This document shows, in pieces, positions 13,201-25,900 of a stretch of 60,624 nt of DNA. Each line of letters starts with the position of its first letter. Position 1 is the stretch's first letter. Position numbers and translations under genes: made by a program. This DNA comes from Callorhinchus milii (taxonomy: Eukaryota): positions 1 to 60,624 of the forward strand of contig NW_024705229.1 in assembly GCF_018977255.1 (NCBI RefSeq), written 5' to 3'. The notes under the pieces are model-generated. The model made no database searches and had not been told where the DNA came from. It was given only the letters and a program-made list of their open reading frames with translations.

Positions 13201-15401
13201 TGAACGGAGATTGCATTTCATTAGAACTAAATTGACGTGCTAAACTATATTATTATGTTAATAAACACCACAACAGCTGGGACAACCGGCAGCAATTTGT
13301 CAGTGATTTTCGCCACAATACTCGTAACCCCTGGAGTAAAAAATTACTTCTAAACACAGTTTCCTATGGCTAAGCACTTTCGCCTTGATTCCTTCTATGA
13401 CCCACACGGGGCTTAAAGTTCACGGAGAAATAAAAAGAGTTCTCAAAAATATCAATATCAGGCTGACATTTATTGAGCCATACATATATATATACATTTT
13501 TTTTATCATGCAGCACAAACTGCATTGGGCCAAGAAGTGAAACTCTCTTGGGGTTAACAGCGCCAAGTCCATTTGAAGTGCACAGTGCCATCACTGTGCC
13601 TAATCATTTCATGGGGCCGCTAGCCATTTATTTATTTAAATATGTAAAAAAAAACACCCTCCGCTCCATTCCACACCTACACCCGTTTCATTGCCTTCCT
13701 CAACGAGCATTCGAAACGTGTGAAATATATTACACATTTTTGCGTCGTGTATATCTGTGTTTGTCCATGACTGCACGCACAAGTCTCTGATACTTTTCCC
13801 AGCATGATGGTGATGAATTCCTGTCCTTTTTTCATTTTATATATGTTTTTTTTTTTACCCCAAACACAAGTTTTTACTGCCGCTATTGAATTTTGTGCCG
13901 TGGCTAAGCCCGCCGTTTGCAGCCGTCAGGGTCGTAATCCGGTCGAGTTCCCTTGCGGCGAGGAGACTGGCGTGAAAATCCGTTTTACGGTTTTGCACGC
14001 GTAGCGAAGCTTTCCCGAGCGCAGATTTTCCGTCGGTCGGGTGTCGTGTTTCTCCCGCGGCTCCGCGCCGTGCACATTCGACGCCGCTTGGTTCTTCTCC
14101 AGGCGCGTTGCACTATTGACTTGCTGTTAAACAATCATACTAATAGTGATTGTAAATTCCCAGTCTGCCTCCAGTGAAACATTACTTGCCTTCTTTTAAA
14201 AGACCGAATCACGTTAATATGAAATGTCTCCGTGTTTAAACATGCACGGGTTGGTTCCCATTTCCATTGGGGGCCCTGACCTATTTGTGGTTATTTAATG
14301 GGTGGGAGGGAGGAAAGGGGGCATTGGTGGTTTAACTTCGCACAAAATTATGATGAAGTGGTATTTATTTTATTGACCTGGAGGGATGATGTGCCCAGCT
14401 GACCCTCATGCATGATATGGACTCTCAGCTTTCCTGCTGTTGTGTGTGTCTGTCACAGCGCTACTTGGCCACATGCAGGGTCTATAATGCATACACATAT
14501 TACTCATCCTCGTGGTACCTGCATGTTGTGGGTGTGATTGTGTCCGTATACAGATAATTGAGTCATGTGTATGGTGTTAAACATGTACATGTGTTGTGTG
14601 TCTCTCTGTTTTTGGTAGTGACTGAGAAAGATTGGGTGAGTGAGTCATGTACAGACAGTGAGGGTGAATTCCAACCAGCTACCAAGAAAGCACCAACAGT
14701 ACCGGTAAAGCATCCCCTCTGCTACAAACTATGACCAGTGCATATTATACACCAGGCCACATTAGCCACATTGGGACCACTATAATTAATTAATATTGGT
14801 TGTCAAAGCCTACATATGAATTATGGGACCCCTAACATGAATATGTCAATGACAAGAATCATTACAGGACAGAACAGTATTGCATCCTTTATAAATTACT
14901 AACAAAAACACAATGGGGTGCAGGGCCTGGTTCTAATATTTGAGAAATATGCGCTTAAGCTTTTTTTAAATCTACAGTTATAGTAAGGAACCTCCGTGGT
15001 GTAATCCGTGACGACACTGGACTTGCAGTCCAGAGGTTGGAGTTCTATTCTATCTTACGACGCGGCAGCTAAAACGTATAATTGTAACGAATCGATAATT
15101 TTTTCAACTTACCGGTGAACCTAAAGAATAATAATTTGTGTATTGTTAAACCTTTGTACACTTAAACATTTTATTTGTTTGGCTATGTCGGGTGGTGGAG
15201 GGTCCTCACGACAAGACTGGCCAGGTAATTGTGGGGCTTCACCAAAAACTGAACCCTCATGGAGGTGTGTTGCCTTCCTGTCAGGTTCCTCAGAAGGCTG
15301 CTCAAAAGACGGAAGGCGGGAAGGGGAAAGACAAAAAGACTTCTCAACAGAGCAAACTCGGAAAGCAAACATCCATCATGGGCTTCTTCCAGAAGAAGTA
15401 A
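1123..15401 (+). CDS. POLD3: DNA polymerase delta subunit 3 (p66), 11 coding exons in window, 5' exons upstream of window
   Basis: Spliced peptide matches recalled vertebrate POLD3: LHVTYLVSG, CHKVSVVREE, SVHVYSVQ..DYDI, KGIMGMFA, GKRVA, KKRKRI..SDSS, KRRRVLKSKTFLDDEG, VTEK..SESCTDSE, C-terminal PIP box QTSIMGFFQKK*. All introns GT-AG. Three apparent 1-bp indels. Confidence 0.95.
1741..1780 (+). CDS. POLD3: POLD3 exon (CHKVSVVREEELE)
   Basis: Acceptor tccag, donor gtgag; phase 0 in, phase 1 out. Confidence 0.9.
2285..2495 (+). mobile_element. RTE-clade LINE 3' fragment
   Basis: Translates GHVARW.DGTWLRVVMEWQPKE..PKERP..WSDEI and ends GAGGCCTTTATCCAACAG (EAFIQQ), typical of RTE ORF C-termini. 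Confidence 0.65.
2515..3360 (+). mobile_element. L2/CR1-group LINE 3' fragment with 3' UTR and short repeated tail
   Basis: LHIPYCRTNTGGRAFASDAPRVWNA resembles RT ORF2 C-terminus; 3002-3350 is homologous to 45082-45438; AATAAATGAAACTGAAA tail. Confidence 0.6.
3488..3620 (+). CDS. POLD3: POLD3 exon (AKAQLSLLASVHVYSVQ...DYDIIRDNLHQSS)
   Basis: Acceptor tgcag, donor gtgtga; phases fit both neighbours. Confidence 0.92.
4008..4235. mobile_element. degenerate single-arm copy of Penelope-like family A
   Basis: GGTTTTTTTGGTTAGATCGTGTAAATTTAAATGTGTCG...CAGCACACCGG...GAGTACGACGTT collinear with 340-540. Confidence 0.65.
4269..4556 (+). CDS. POLD3: POLD3 exon (FSSIQ...KGIMGMFAGK...)
   Basis: Acceptor tatag, donor gtgat; needs one extra C near 4540 to end PEPVKE in phase with the next exon. 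Confidence 0.88.
4960..5420 (+). mobile_element. degenerate non-LTR retrotransposon RT-ORF C-terminal fragment
   Basis: Reads KAQ..PKLEYCCHIWG and LFIFYRYYH, motifs typical of Jockey/CR1-group ORF2 ends; broken frame. Confidence 0.5.
5498..5550. mobile_element. short terminal remnant of Penelope-like family A
   Basis: AACACGTAGGCTTTCGTGGCCAATATCCATAAT matches 302-338 and is followed by CTAACCCCAAAAAAACCTC, as at 1039-1052. Confidence 0.55.
5989..6046 (+). CDS. POLD3: POLD3 exon (KPAAASSKAPVKVSIFASA)
   Basis: Acceptor tttcag, donor gtaag; open only in phase 0. Confidence 0.75.
6381..6482 (+). CDS. POLD3: POLD3 exon (AKAKPKEEI-KTEVKACVSTEEAKQAKVDDTRGNS)
   Basis: Acceptor ttgcag, donor gtgca; one missing base near 6407 needed for phase agreement. 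Confidence 0.7.
6774..7028 (+). CDS. POLD3: POLD3 exon (GRVKRPKVSDSEDEE...GKRVA...KKRKRIRQPVSDSSSSSGDDDD)
   Basis: Acceptor tctcag, donor gtatg; frame switch in the A-run at ~6937-6942. Confidence 0.85.
7490..7700 (+). mobile_element. V-SINE-like tRNA-derived SINE
   Basis: GGAGTTTTCACGTTCTTCCTCTGGTTACGTGGATTTTTCTCCGAG..TTTCCCTCCACA resembles the V-domain core; inverted homolog at 52480-52640. Confidence 0.55.
8016..8101 (+). CDS. POLD3: POLD3 exon (APSPPTIGTPPLPEV...KTG)
   Basis: Pro-rich segment as in POLD3; acceptor tttcag, donor gtgag; phases fit. Confidence 0.8.
10724..10808 (+). CDS. POLD3: POLD3 exon (QEANKSGARRKRRRVLKSKTFLDDEGSM)
   Basis: Conserved motif preceding the pol alpha-interacting region; CAGCAG acceptor, gtaag donor. 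Confidence 0.92.
11007..11215 (+). mobile_element. V-SINE-like tRNA-derived SINE
   Basis: Box A-like GGTATAGTGGTAA, box B GAGTTCGACTCC, then GGAGTTGGTTTCTCCCCCTG..GGGTTCTCTGGTTACCTCCCA core. Confidence 0.65.
12530..12650 (-). mobile_element. tRNA-derived SINE head
   Basis: Minus strand GGGAGTGGTGGCACAGTGGTTGG...GGGTTCAACTCCCAGCCACACATAACATCAGT; related copy at 50086-50290. Confidence 0.5.
14619..14704 (+). CDS. POLD3: POLD3 exon (VTEKDWVSESCTDSEGEFQPATKKAPTVP)
   Basis: Matches VTEK..SESCTDSE; acceptor ggtag, donor gtaaag. Confidence 0.92.
15285..15401 (+). CDS. POLD3: POLD3 last coding exon with PCNA-binding PIP box
   Basis: VPQKAAQK...KQTSIMGFFQKK-TAA. Confidence 0.95.
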   Translation, partial: VPQKAAQKTEGGKGKDKKTSQQSKLGKQTSIMGFFQKK

Positions 15402-15444
15402 CGTGCAGTGGAATGGATACTTCATGCGAATAGTGATCGAAATG

Positions 15445-15800
15445 GTGAGCGTGCGAGGCTGTGTGAGGCTGGGTGAGGCTGGGTGAGTGACTGAGCTGGT
15501 GAGGCTGGGTGAGGCTGGGTGAGTGACTGAGTGCCTGCGAAGAAGCTGTGTGTGGTTGGGTGAGGCTGTGTGTGGCCGTGTGTTAGGCTGTATATGGCTG
15601 TGTGAATGACTTGAGAGGCTGCCTGAGGCCGTGTGTGAGGCTGTGTGAGGCTGTGTAAGGCTGGGTGAAGTTGGGTGAGTGACTGAGAGAGGGTGGATGA
15701 GATCGTGTGTGCCAGATGAGGCTAGGTGAAGTCCGCGTGAGACGATGTGAGGGCGTTTACGAGGCTGTGTAAGACTGAGCGGGAAAGTGTGAGGGAGACC
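15445..15800 (+). repeat. degenerate ~10-bp tandem repeat (GAGGCTGGGT / GAGGCTGTGT) in POLD3 3' UTR
   Basis: Units directly visible just after the stop codon. Confidence 0.8.
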
Positions 15801-16479
15801 GTCGCATACTGTTCATTTTTAAGACTTGGCAATGCATATGTCATCAGCTGTGCTGCCATTCACATTATCTTGTTTGTGTGTAAATAAAAAGGAAGTGATG
15901 ATGGCAACTGACGTGTAACGGTTTATCCTACTTGATCTTGATGGTTTGTGGGTGAAAACATCAAATAAGCTTCTTCCACACGCGTTGGTCCCACTCAAGT
16001 GGGTGTTGCGCTCTCCTTGCCAACCTTCTCCACGCTGCCCTGTCCTGCGCTGTCTCTGCTCCTCGGGACACCATGTCCGATCGAATAAGCAGCTGCATCT
16101 CATTATAGCTGTTTTTGCAATTGTTGATGTTGGATTAATTCTACTGTTGTGATGCTCATAAGCATTTATTTGGGTCAACTAAACATCGTACGGTTATGTT
16201 TTTGCCGTGCAAATAACCCCATCACGCATCGCAGTGTGAGATGGATTTATAATTATTGTAGTCACATGAGAGAAAGCAATACCGTGCCTGGTCTAACTCG
16301 CTTTGAAACTGTTGGATTTGTGTTTCGCCAGGCCAAGGACAACTTGTTGTGGGCTTTGGGGCGCACTGAATCCCCACCAGTTACAAAATGAATGTGTGAG
16401 AAGCTCCCAAAAGGAGTTCACAAGATACCACCATTCACTCTCTTTCCCTCTGTGATTCAGCTTCCTTGACCTCATTCAT

Positions 16480-16690
16480 CATCAGCCATGATCAGTCCAC
16501 TGCTGGATGAAGGCCTCTCCAGGCTGTCACCACCCTTCACAATCCAGCGATGGAGCAATCCGTCTTGCACCAGCTCAAGTGTTGATTCTTACCGCCGGTT
16601 TTCATCGCTCTATCTCTTCCCCGGATGTCCGATTTGGACTCCCATCACCAAATTTTTAAAATCCTCTTCACTCGCTGGCCCCTCCAAATA
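16480..16690 (-). mobile_element. RTE-clade LINE 3' fragment
   Basis: Minus strand ends GGAGAGGCCTTCATCCAGCAGTGGACTGAT (GEAFIQQW). Confidence 0.55.
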
Positions 16691-19600
16691 CTAAAATTAT
16701 TTGATGAATCATCCAGTCCACTCCCAAGATCAATAGAGTTAAGATTAAGGATAAGTAAATTGCATTTGTTGAGTGCTTAAATTCCTTGATATGTCAATGC
16801 GATTGGAAGCAATATTATAGCATGGCACAGGGTAGACCTCTGAAGGGAGGGGTGGTGGATGGAATGTGGAGGGTATAAAACAAAGATAAGATTACACCCA
16901 CCTCCTTAATCTTGATAGATTTTTTACAAACCTTCAAAGAACCTCAATACACATTACGCAGCCTGCAGCAACGTACCACAGCCGTATGGAGAGAGCGGTT
17001 AGTCCAGCAACACGCTTGTAAGTGCTCTGATGTGTTCTTGGGTTGTACTGCAGTGTTCGACTTTCCCGACGTTTCGTTTCAAGTGCTAGAGTTCAGTCAC
17101 CGAGCACAACAGCGAAAACCTCTGTCGTGTTACCGGTTTGATTCCTACGGCATTCTGATCATTTCTGTGTGTATAATCCACATGTCTTCCTATGGATGAT
17201 GCTCATGACATCAGTGGAGAAGAAATGTTGCTTTGAAGGTTTGGGCCATTTATTTTACAAGGCACAATACGCTAAGGAAATGCATTGCAAATGTGAGGTA
17301 GGTGCGTGTTAGACTGCTAGATTGAGTCTGTAACTGAGGTTACTTAGCACACAACCATTCTAAGCAGGACCCTTCTAAATAAGTCTTGAGCTTCGGTGAA
17401 GCCAGAACTAAAGTTATATTTGGATTTTATTTAGTACTTTCTCTCCTTAAAGTCAAGAGAATGATGTACACCACGTTGTACGCTTTGAAACTCAAATGTT
17501 GTGAATGATGGTTTGAAGTCCCTGTGGTTGGGCATCGTTATGAAGAGAACACTGAATATTGGTGACCCGCTAACAGGAAAACACACCTGCGATGTCCTTT
17601 CTGTTTGCTGCACCGTGTGGTTAAAACACGAGAGGTCAAAAATGTCGCAAGATCGAGCAAACGCTGTGTGTAGATTAAAATAGTTGATCTTAAGCAGTGA
17701 GCCTTTAGAGCGAGCGAGTAACAGAGAGATATTGTGTTTATTCGGGAGGCTGGACGTTGCAGACAATTTCGATGCTAGGCTGCGATCATCATAGTCGCGT
17801 GTGTTTTCGTTACTGATAATAAACGCCTCCGTTTACTAAAGAAGAGAGCCAGCTTTTTTGTTTGGGTTCTATCGCGAGTTTGCAGCCATGCATCTTGTTG
17901 TCAGACTTCAGAAGCCAAGCGGGCTTGGACCTGGCCAGCGCGTGGGGATGGGTGCCCACCGTGACACGTTACCAAATGGACAACGGTGAGTTACAGTTCT
18001 GTTGAAAGCTCTGTGTTCAAGAAAATGCTGGGGCTGCCCTCTGAACCTGCGCGCTCCCCCTGATCGACGCAGCGTGGGCCAGTGAGTTACTATGCGCATG
18101 CTTTTAATTGCCATCCATAGTGGTTGGGGAAGGGAGGGGTGGGTGGAGGAGGAAAAAAACCTTGCCCGACTTTACTACCATATATATTTTTGCACAATAA
18201 ATCTTGATTTTTTTTTCGAGTAGTAAATAAATCCCCGAGTTCGATTGCAATTTTACAAAGCGCCCACAGAACGTCTCGAAAATGAAAGCATTGTGAGTCT
18301 GTGTCGCATAACTAACCGAATAATCGGCCCTCCTTAACCTGCTCAAGCGATAAAAGTGGCCACGGTTGAGAAAGGCGTAATGGGGCAGAAATGCCGGCTA
18401 TAAAGACTTCGGTGAACGGCAATGAATCCAGGCAATAATCTACGAATGGGGTTCAAATCCCCCACACTGACGTGTCTTAATACATGTGTGCCTGTGTATA
18501 GCATTGTACATTTCACCCTGCCTGCGATGTATACACACTTGTTTCTATGCTGAATTGCTGGTTTGACTAGGAAGTTGAGTTTATCTATCAGCCAAACTGC
18601 CCAAGGCAATACTTGGCTCAATTAAAAGCATGATGACGGTGAGTGTGCGTGTGGGGAGTGGTAATGCAGTGGTTTGCTTCCTGTGAAACATGAATTGTGT
18701 TCCTGGTGGTGGGCAACACCAGTGGCAAGCTCTTCCCAAATCTGTCTAATGCCTCCCCTAGGTCGACTTGGAATGAAATTAACAGCTGGGATTACTGAGT
18801 GTGGTCCCGGTATGCACTGCAGCATCTTATGTCATGTTAACTTTAATGGGTACTCGCTAGCAGCATGCCAGCAGCATTTAGAGCTACACTGGCGAGTGTT
18901 GGGTTTGTGTATTTATGTATAAACTGTATAATGTGGGGTGGTATAGCCAGTGCCACAACCATGCACCTTTGTCTCCCCACTGCTATTCACACACTGCACC
19001 GGAATACTTATTTTTAAGGTTGAGTCGACTTAGGGGATGTCCACAACTGGTTCTTGATATCAGCAATTTTGGCCGTGTACTGGAATCAAAACTCGCGTCG
19101 TTGGGTTCGTAGCCACGCGTGTTGGACAGTCGCGCTCCCGTGTGTGCGTGTGTCACTCCCCACGCACCTAACACCACTGACGATTATCTTGACTGGGCCT
19201 GGGCCCCCCCTGGGTCGACTCGGCCTCAAATGAGTATCTGACGCGATGTGTAAACATCGCCACTGGGTGGATAAAGGCGGTCGGGCGTGGTGCTGGTCAC
19301 TCAATCTGCTCGTGTACCGTGTCAGCCTTCATAGGTGCTCGCTAACAACAGCACTCGCCCCAACAGTCTGTTAAAGGGGAGTCTTTGTCCCATACACCTA
19401 CATGAGTAGACCGCACATGCGTACAGCCGTGCGTGGCTCCTGCAAAGCGACGTGCTTTTGAGAGTGCTTGCTGAACCTCCACGCTCCTTAATGAGTTGAC
19501 ATTCTGCCCCCAGTCGCCGCCAGTGAGAAATAAATAAATTCAATGTCTGACTCGTTGGGCCAAGTCATGTGAGGCTAATGAGTTTACATTTCACATTAGT

Positions 19601-19776
19601 GGAGCAACCAATACCGCGCCAACAATTTTATTACCTAAAACACGAAAAGCAGAAACACATTTTTTCCTTCTGACTTTATAATCGGCTGCAATTTTTTTCC
19701 ATTCCCATATATAGTAAGTAGCATGTTACCCCCGAAGGCTCGGTAAACAAGTAAACATGAATTTTTTCAAACATCT

Positions 19777-19862
19777 TCTTGTTTCTTTCGGTAAAGTCAC
19801 GTAAACATAATAAAACATTTCTCACGACGTTTCGGCTAGAAAAGCAGCCGTCTTCACCTGAA
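19777..19862 (-). mobile_element. Penelope-like family B arm with hammerhead remnant, next to the gap
   Basis: TTCTTTCGGTAAAGTCACGTA family end; minus strand TGAAGA-cggctg..tagcc-GAAACGTC-gtg. Confidence 0.7.
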
Positions 19863-19902
19863 TTGTTTTATTATTTTTTTTTTTATTATTGAAGGTTTTC
19901 AA

Positions 19903-19932
19903 NNNNNNNNNNNNNNNNNNNNNNNNNNNNNN
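19903..19932. other. assembly gap (30 N)
   Basis: Run of n. Confidence 1.
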
Positions 19933-22900
19933 AAACCCAGTGGCGCCCTATTAAGTCGCAGGGTGCATGATATAACTGGGCAAGTATTATTCTCCAGCCT
20001 TTAGCTGGGCCTGGTATGCATAAAAACCTAAGGGCGAATTTGGACCCATTGGCAAGAAGGGGCGTACAGTCTCCAGGATGGCACTACCAATTCAGAGTCC
20101 CACATAGCAGACAAGTGTTGCTCAGTCACTATGCCTCCCACCAAGTTGTAAGGATCTAATCGAGACTCGTCCTAAGACAGAGCTATACGGAATTCTTACG
20201 TATATACCATGAGGTACAACGCCCCATGCACGTTGGTGAATGGATTGATACCTCCTTAGCCCATGTAGCTTGTAGTTGTAAAGTTTCGACGTTTGCCATC
20301 CTCGAAATTTGGCATTTAATGGGTTCACGTAACCCCTACTAACTAGAGAGTACGGATGCTATTTGCGTTCCTAACTGCAAGAAACGACATCTGTGACTTA
20401 ATCGATCGCACCCTCGTGGCCCCTACGCCAATGTGGGCGGGGATGGAATGGAGGGTCTTTGATCAACAACTTCACGGAGGTAGAACTATTACTATAAGCG
20501 GCTCGAGGTCTCGCTAGCGTCCCAGTAATCCTGCGGTTATCGACCAATCCGATTGCCTAGACAGTCATTTAGTAACGGGTTCTTGGAGGGTTAACAGCGC
20601 AAGGGGATAGCACCGACCCTTCAGAGTGATAGTATACCCGTTCACGGTTGGTATCGGGAATTAAGAAGCCCAAGAACCCCATTGCAAGCCACCCAAACAA
20701 AGCTGAGTTTTGGCCCCAAACAAAGATAGCATGCCTGACCTCATAGCAGAGGTGGTCGTCCAGCATTATGCATCACCGTATTATTAACTGTGAAGGTTCT
20801 TTTGGATCGATATACCGGCGTCGGCGATTCAACGATCCTCATCATAGGGCCGTCCGCACCCCCGTCTTATTGCCGATCCTCGTTCCAAACACTAACTTTT
20901 GATATACCTGAGCATAAAGTTGGTAGATCCTAGGTTCGATCCGCGTAAAGTTTGACAAGATGTTAAACAATGATACGTTTTCTGGCGTTAATGCGCCCTA
21001 TTTTTAGGACCATAGACTCGAGGCCGAAGCGCTAGCTCTGCTACTGATTAGGACTAAATAGGTTCATAATCGAGCATGAGAATAGTTAATTCAAGACACA
21101 CGATCAAATTAATAGGGAGCGAGACGTATCGTGCCTCCATACTTTCATTCACGACGCAGGGATCAGGAGGTTTAGAGAACTCTGAGAGCGCACGAGTTGG
21201 TATTGGGTTCAGGAACCTCAGCACCAATTCACAAATCCTGACCCAGCATGTTGCGCTGTGCGATCCGACGTGAACCGTCGGCATCTTCCGGTCTTGGAAA
21301 GCGACAAGCGACGTGCACGCTCATGAGGAATCACCATTCACCTTGTTCAGGCTAGTTAGTTTGCTCTTTCAGCAACCCCATAACCAGCGACAGAGTTCTG
21401 GAGGTGTGGGCCAAGATATACCGCTAGAGATACACCCGATAAAATTTCTGGCGGGCTGACGGTCTAGGTTAAGACTATCGCGGGGATATCAAGGGGTAGA
21501 ACCCTCCCGTGTTTCACATGGGGAATTCGAGAGATTTGGGATCAGTTGCCAAGGGATAAGTTAGGGCGTAACCGGCGGGTCTAGCGTCCAACCGCGGTTC
21601 CGAGCGCTGGTAGTGGCCGTATCGCCCGTTCACACTGGAGCCTGAAAATGCTGGCGTGACTATTCGAAGCGTCGAGGTACAAATATTAGCGATGGACCCT
21701 ACTGACATTGCTCACTCACTTGTACGTTGCTTGTTGTTTCGATGTGCGATGTGTAGGTTAATTGAGCCTTTTAATTTTATACTAGAAGAGTTACTCATGC
21801 TACACAATAATGTACCGCTTGCTATAGTGACGGTTAAGTTCCTAGTCATGGGATGGTTTGTAAGTGTTTTTTGTGAATCCGACGAAGTTAGAAGGGTACA
21901 AAAAATTTTGTCCAGGCGCGGACCAGCACAAGTTATCCCCGTGTGACGGACCTCCCGATTGCACACCTAATGCGGCAGGTACTTTTATGTTATTGACTAG
22001 GCACTTGGACCTTGAATCCTCCACTCGATTAGCGTAATGGGTCGGAGTTTGGGAGTACCCATCGTTGAATTACTAAGGACGCGCGATATGATGCCTGTCC
22101 ACAAATGGCATTAGCCCTTGTGGACGGACTCAATAATTTACTTCTGCATCTGAAGCTCCTTGCTCCCGTCTGAGAAACATGTCAGAAAGATGGATAAGCA
22201 AGCCCATGGCCTTGGAGTGGAATTCGGCTAACTCCAATGTCGGTTGACGGTTGTGGGGCATCGTCAAGGCATACCTATGGACCGGTCAGCCAACTACCAG
22301 CGTGTCGCCGGTCGGCGACGAGCAAAGTGTGAGCCAAGTGACTTTTATCACCGATCGAGCTAATCACTTTCGTTACCTTACGGACCGCGTTACCTACTTG
22401 CTAAGAATTGCATGACGCCCGCTCACTATGGCGCAATTCTCCTTGAAGTGGTGCGCATGATATGAGCAATATCAAGTTTAAAATCGGCTTATACGTAGTA
22501 AGAACAAAATTACACTTGATGACTGTGTATTTATGATTACCCACGATCATGCGGATTAAAGTAAATCCATAATTAATTAGGCAAGTCAGAACAACGGGTA
22601 TGTTCACTCTGGGCAAATTCAATTTGGCAGGAGCTCCTGTATTCAATACCACTGAAGGGCGAAAGCATCACGAAGTCTCTGTTAGCACAATGGGTTGGAT
22701 CTGTCCGGCGTCAGGGCTTGACTTTATGTATCTTTACCTTGAGTGTGTCTAGAGGGGACCATCCTAAATAGTAGACAAGGTCTACGGAGTCGTCTTTGAG
22801 TGACGTAACCGGTCTCTGACTACGAAAAAAGGATTTCGCGCTACTTACTAACCGTGACGTAAGATACGATTTATCGTGTCATAGGGATCTGAACTATTCT

Positions 22901-25900
22901 TCAATGTGATAGGGCTGTGAACCGGGAGCCTCTGTCGCTGCCGTGGAGCATGAACTACGAGGACATCTGTTTGCTGCTTGAACTCTGATATAAAGAGCAT
23001 GGTAATCTCTGTACTGGCAGCGGCACCCTATAGTTAGCTTTACCGCACGGCGCCTTTATGTTTCCCTTGATTATACCGCCGAGGTCATTAGTATCATCGG
23101 TCCAATTCTGTGCTGTCCTAAGGGAGCGCAGCAGTGCTGAGTTCTGCCTGGCGTCCCAATCTTATCAAGATACCCTGAGCGTGGTGTAGGTGGAAGCGGC
23201 GGTCCTCCAGATATACTTCGCCAACGGTGTGCTACGGTAGCGTCGCTGACTAGCTCACCTGCGAAATCCTCGGACGCAGGAAAGTAGCAAACCCCTGGTA
23301 GTACAAGCTCCCGTGCAACGTGGATGTATAAGAGGAATTGAGGCTGGGCTTTTCCGATCAATCCAACCCCGGGACTACTATTTACCTAAGCCTGCAGGGC
23401 CATAAGATCCGCCAAAATACTACATCTAACAAATGGCCGGCACAAGTATGTCCAGGCATTCAATACCCAGGTGAACGAGAACCGCAACGAAGGTAAACTT
23501 TGGATGCGGGCGTATCAAGGAACTCAGCCAATCTTGATGTGCTCCGAGTTAAACTACATTCGTCACGGAATCTCATGGTATCCAGGGCGCCCGATGTATT
23601 ATGGCACAGCCTGTATTCGCGCCGTGATTGGGGCGCTTGTGCATCCGCCCGATGCGATATCTGCTACACCGACGTTTACTCATCGGACTGCAGCGGAGTA
23701 CGCCTAGATGCCGTCACGAAGCCGACGCCATTTATATGGACCCAATAGAGACTGCAGACGATTCCGGCAGCGTCAGAGCTTTTATGAGCGCAAACTTTGG
23801 TTGGCTGTTAATAAGCCCCTGTCCGCCAATACGTGGAGATCCAACCACGTCCAACACGTAACACAGTGCTGGCGGGCCAATACATACCGGGGGCGACAGC
23901 GTAGCAGGGACGTGCGCTGATGAAAGTTGAAACGTGTAATGTGCCAAGATCTTCATTATCGGACAGGCTGGACGTGCATTGGGAGCATCGCCGGATTTGC
24001 TGTTATCTGTCCCGCGGAAAGAAAGTGTCGGACACCCCGACCCTCGGGCTGGTTCTAAACACTTCACATTCAGTTCGTTCCACACGGTCATCAATATAGA
24101 AGATCGTAATGTAGCCGACTGATGGGAAGCACCCTCATTTTTTCAGCGTACCGCCGCCAGAGAAATTGTCAACCAATGCCTGGATGGGCTCCAGGAGTCG
24201 ATCGGGCGATGATCAATCAATGCTAACACGACATGCATGGCTAGTATGTTGAGGATGAGGAGTCGAGAAACATGGTTCCGCCCGCGACTAACTAGCACTG
24301 TAGTGTTGACAGTCATTGATGAGATCTTCAGCCTCTGTACGCTTAGGGCCATATGAGGCACCGAGAAAGTGACGCCGCCGGCAATATCCTATTTTCACCG
24401 CTCAACGCAATCATGAGGCAAATTACCGGGTCTCGTCCGTGTACAGAGTGTATACGTATGGGGTGGGTATTGATACGGAGGATCGGGCCGCCTGAAAGTT
24501 ACGCCGAGTAAACCCTGAGCCTCTCTAGAAGAGAACAGTGGTCACGACTTGCTCAGACCTTTAAGACGGTTCCGGGCGGCCATAGTAGTCGTGGTCCCCA
24601 GCGGCGGGGAAAGGAAGTAGATGTAGATCCTCGCTACTCCGGGAGTTGATGTACGAGAGGCAACAGGTATTTCGCTTGTAAACGTGTAAAGGGCAAGGCG
24701 CTAAGACCCAGGTAACCCATGCGAAGGTCGCCGACTTCTTAGTTGGCTTGGCTCGTGACCCACTGAAGTGGCGCTACGGATGCCGGGGTCAGGTGTCCGT
24801 CAACTATATTTGTAGTGTTGAACTCGGTTACCGGGGGACGGTAGTCCTGGCGGTCTACTCCTGTCTTAGGGATGCATAAAACGTGCCATGTTGGTCACAC
24901 GAGATTTGATCGATGCGCTAGAAGAGTGGACCATACAGTTCCACGTGACAATGGGACCGCAACATATAGGCAAGCAGAACCACCTAACGGCGTAGCTCTT
25001 GAACGCGTCTGGGGCTTGACTCGTTGATAGTTTATCCGCGTGCTAGAGTGTCTTAAACGATCTCACGCTCTGGAGACACATAAGCACCGTCCAAGATAAA
25101 GATGTGTTGAACTTGCAAACAGATACTTGTAATTGGAATACGGACTTCACGGCGATCTAAGTCCAACATAACTGAGGCCTGGGTAGGGTAAGACTTCGTG
25201 AATCAAAAGGGTTCTAACATCGTCGAGTAATGGGAACATGAATGTTCAGACGGATCAGCTCTAACTCTAACTTTTGGTTCGGCGCCGGGATCCGCACTAT
25301 ATCTTGAGGCGCGAGTTGTCACACCCATAACCTCTCTGGCATGTCGTGTGCTATACGAGACTGCACCGTCGCGAGTAATGATTGTCCCCGTATGTGTGGA
25401 TGGTGTATCAACTTAACGACTAGGAAGGAATAAAGTAAAAAAGGCTGAACCAGCGGAGTCGCCAGGTGCAGTGTTCAAAGGAGAGGGTTCTTGGGAGAGC
25501 AGTCTTAGAGGGGAGGAGTCTGTCCTGGGGGAAACAGGTCCGCAACAAACGCCCACTAAAGAGTTCAACGGCGTATAACAACGTACCACCAGAGGCACGT
25601 AAAGGGCGGGAATAATATGACAGTTGGCCCAATACTCGTAGCGCGTCGTGGGACCCTTTAATAATTGTGTTGGGCAAGCGTACGTTGCCGCGGTATAGTA
25701 TCATCCTTTAATCAGTTTGTATAATTAGACTTGCTTGCACCCGACGGTCTAATGACCTCACATGTTCAAACCATGAAAGAGTCAGCCGTCCGACCAGGGA
25801 AGGGAAGCATGGACCGTGTCCTGCTAATTGGATGCTTGGGGCTATCCAGGTTACTTTCTCCTATTTGTCGACCTCGCAACAGCACCATGATCATAACCAC

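Noticed and set aside
1123-15401. POLD3 (and LIPT2) as pseudogenes or programmed frameshift genes
   Set aside because: Only single-base indels, mostly in homopolymers, with intact motifs and splice sites; sequencing error is simpler
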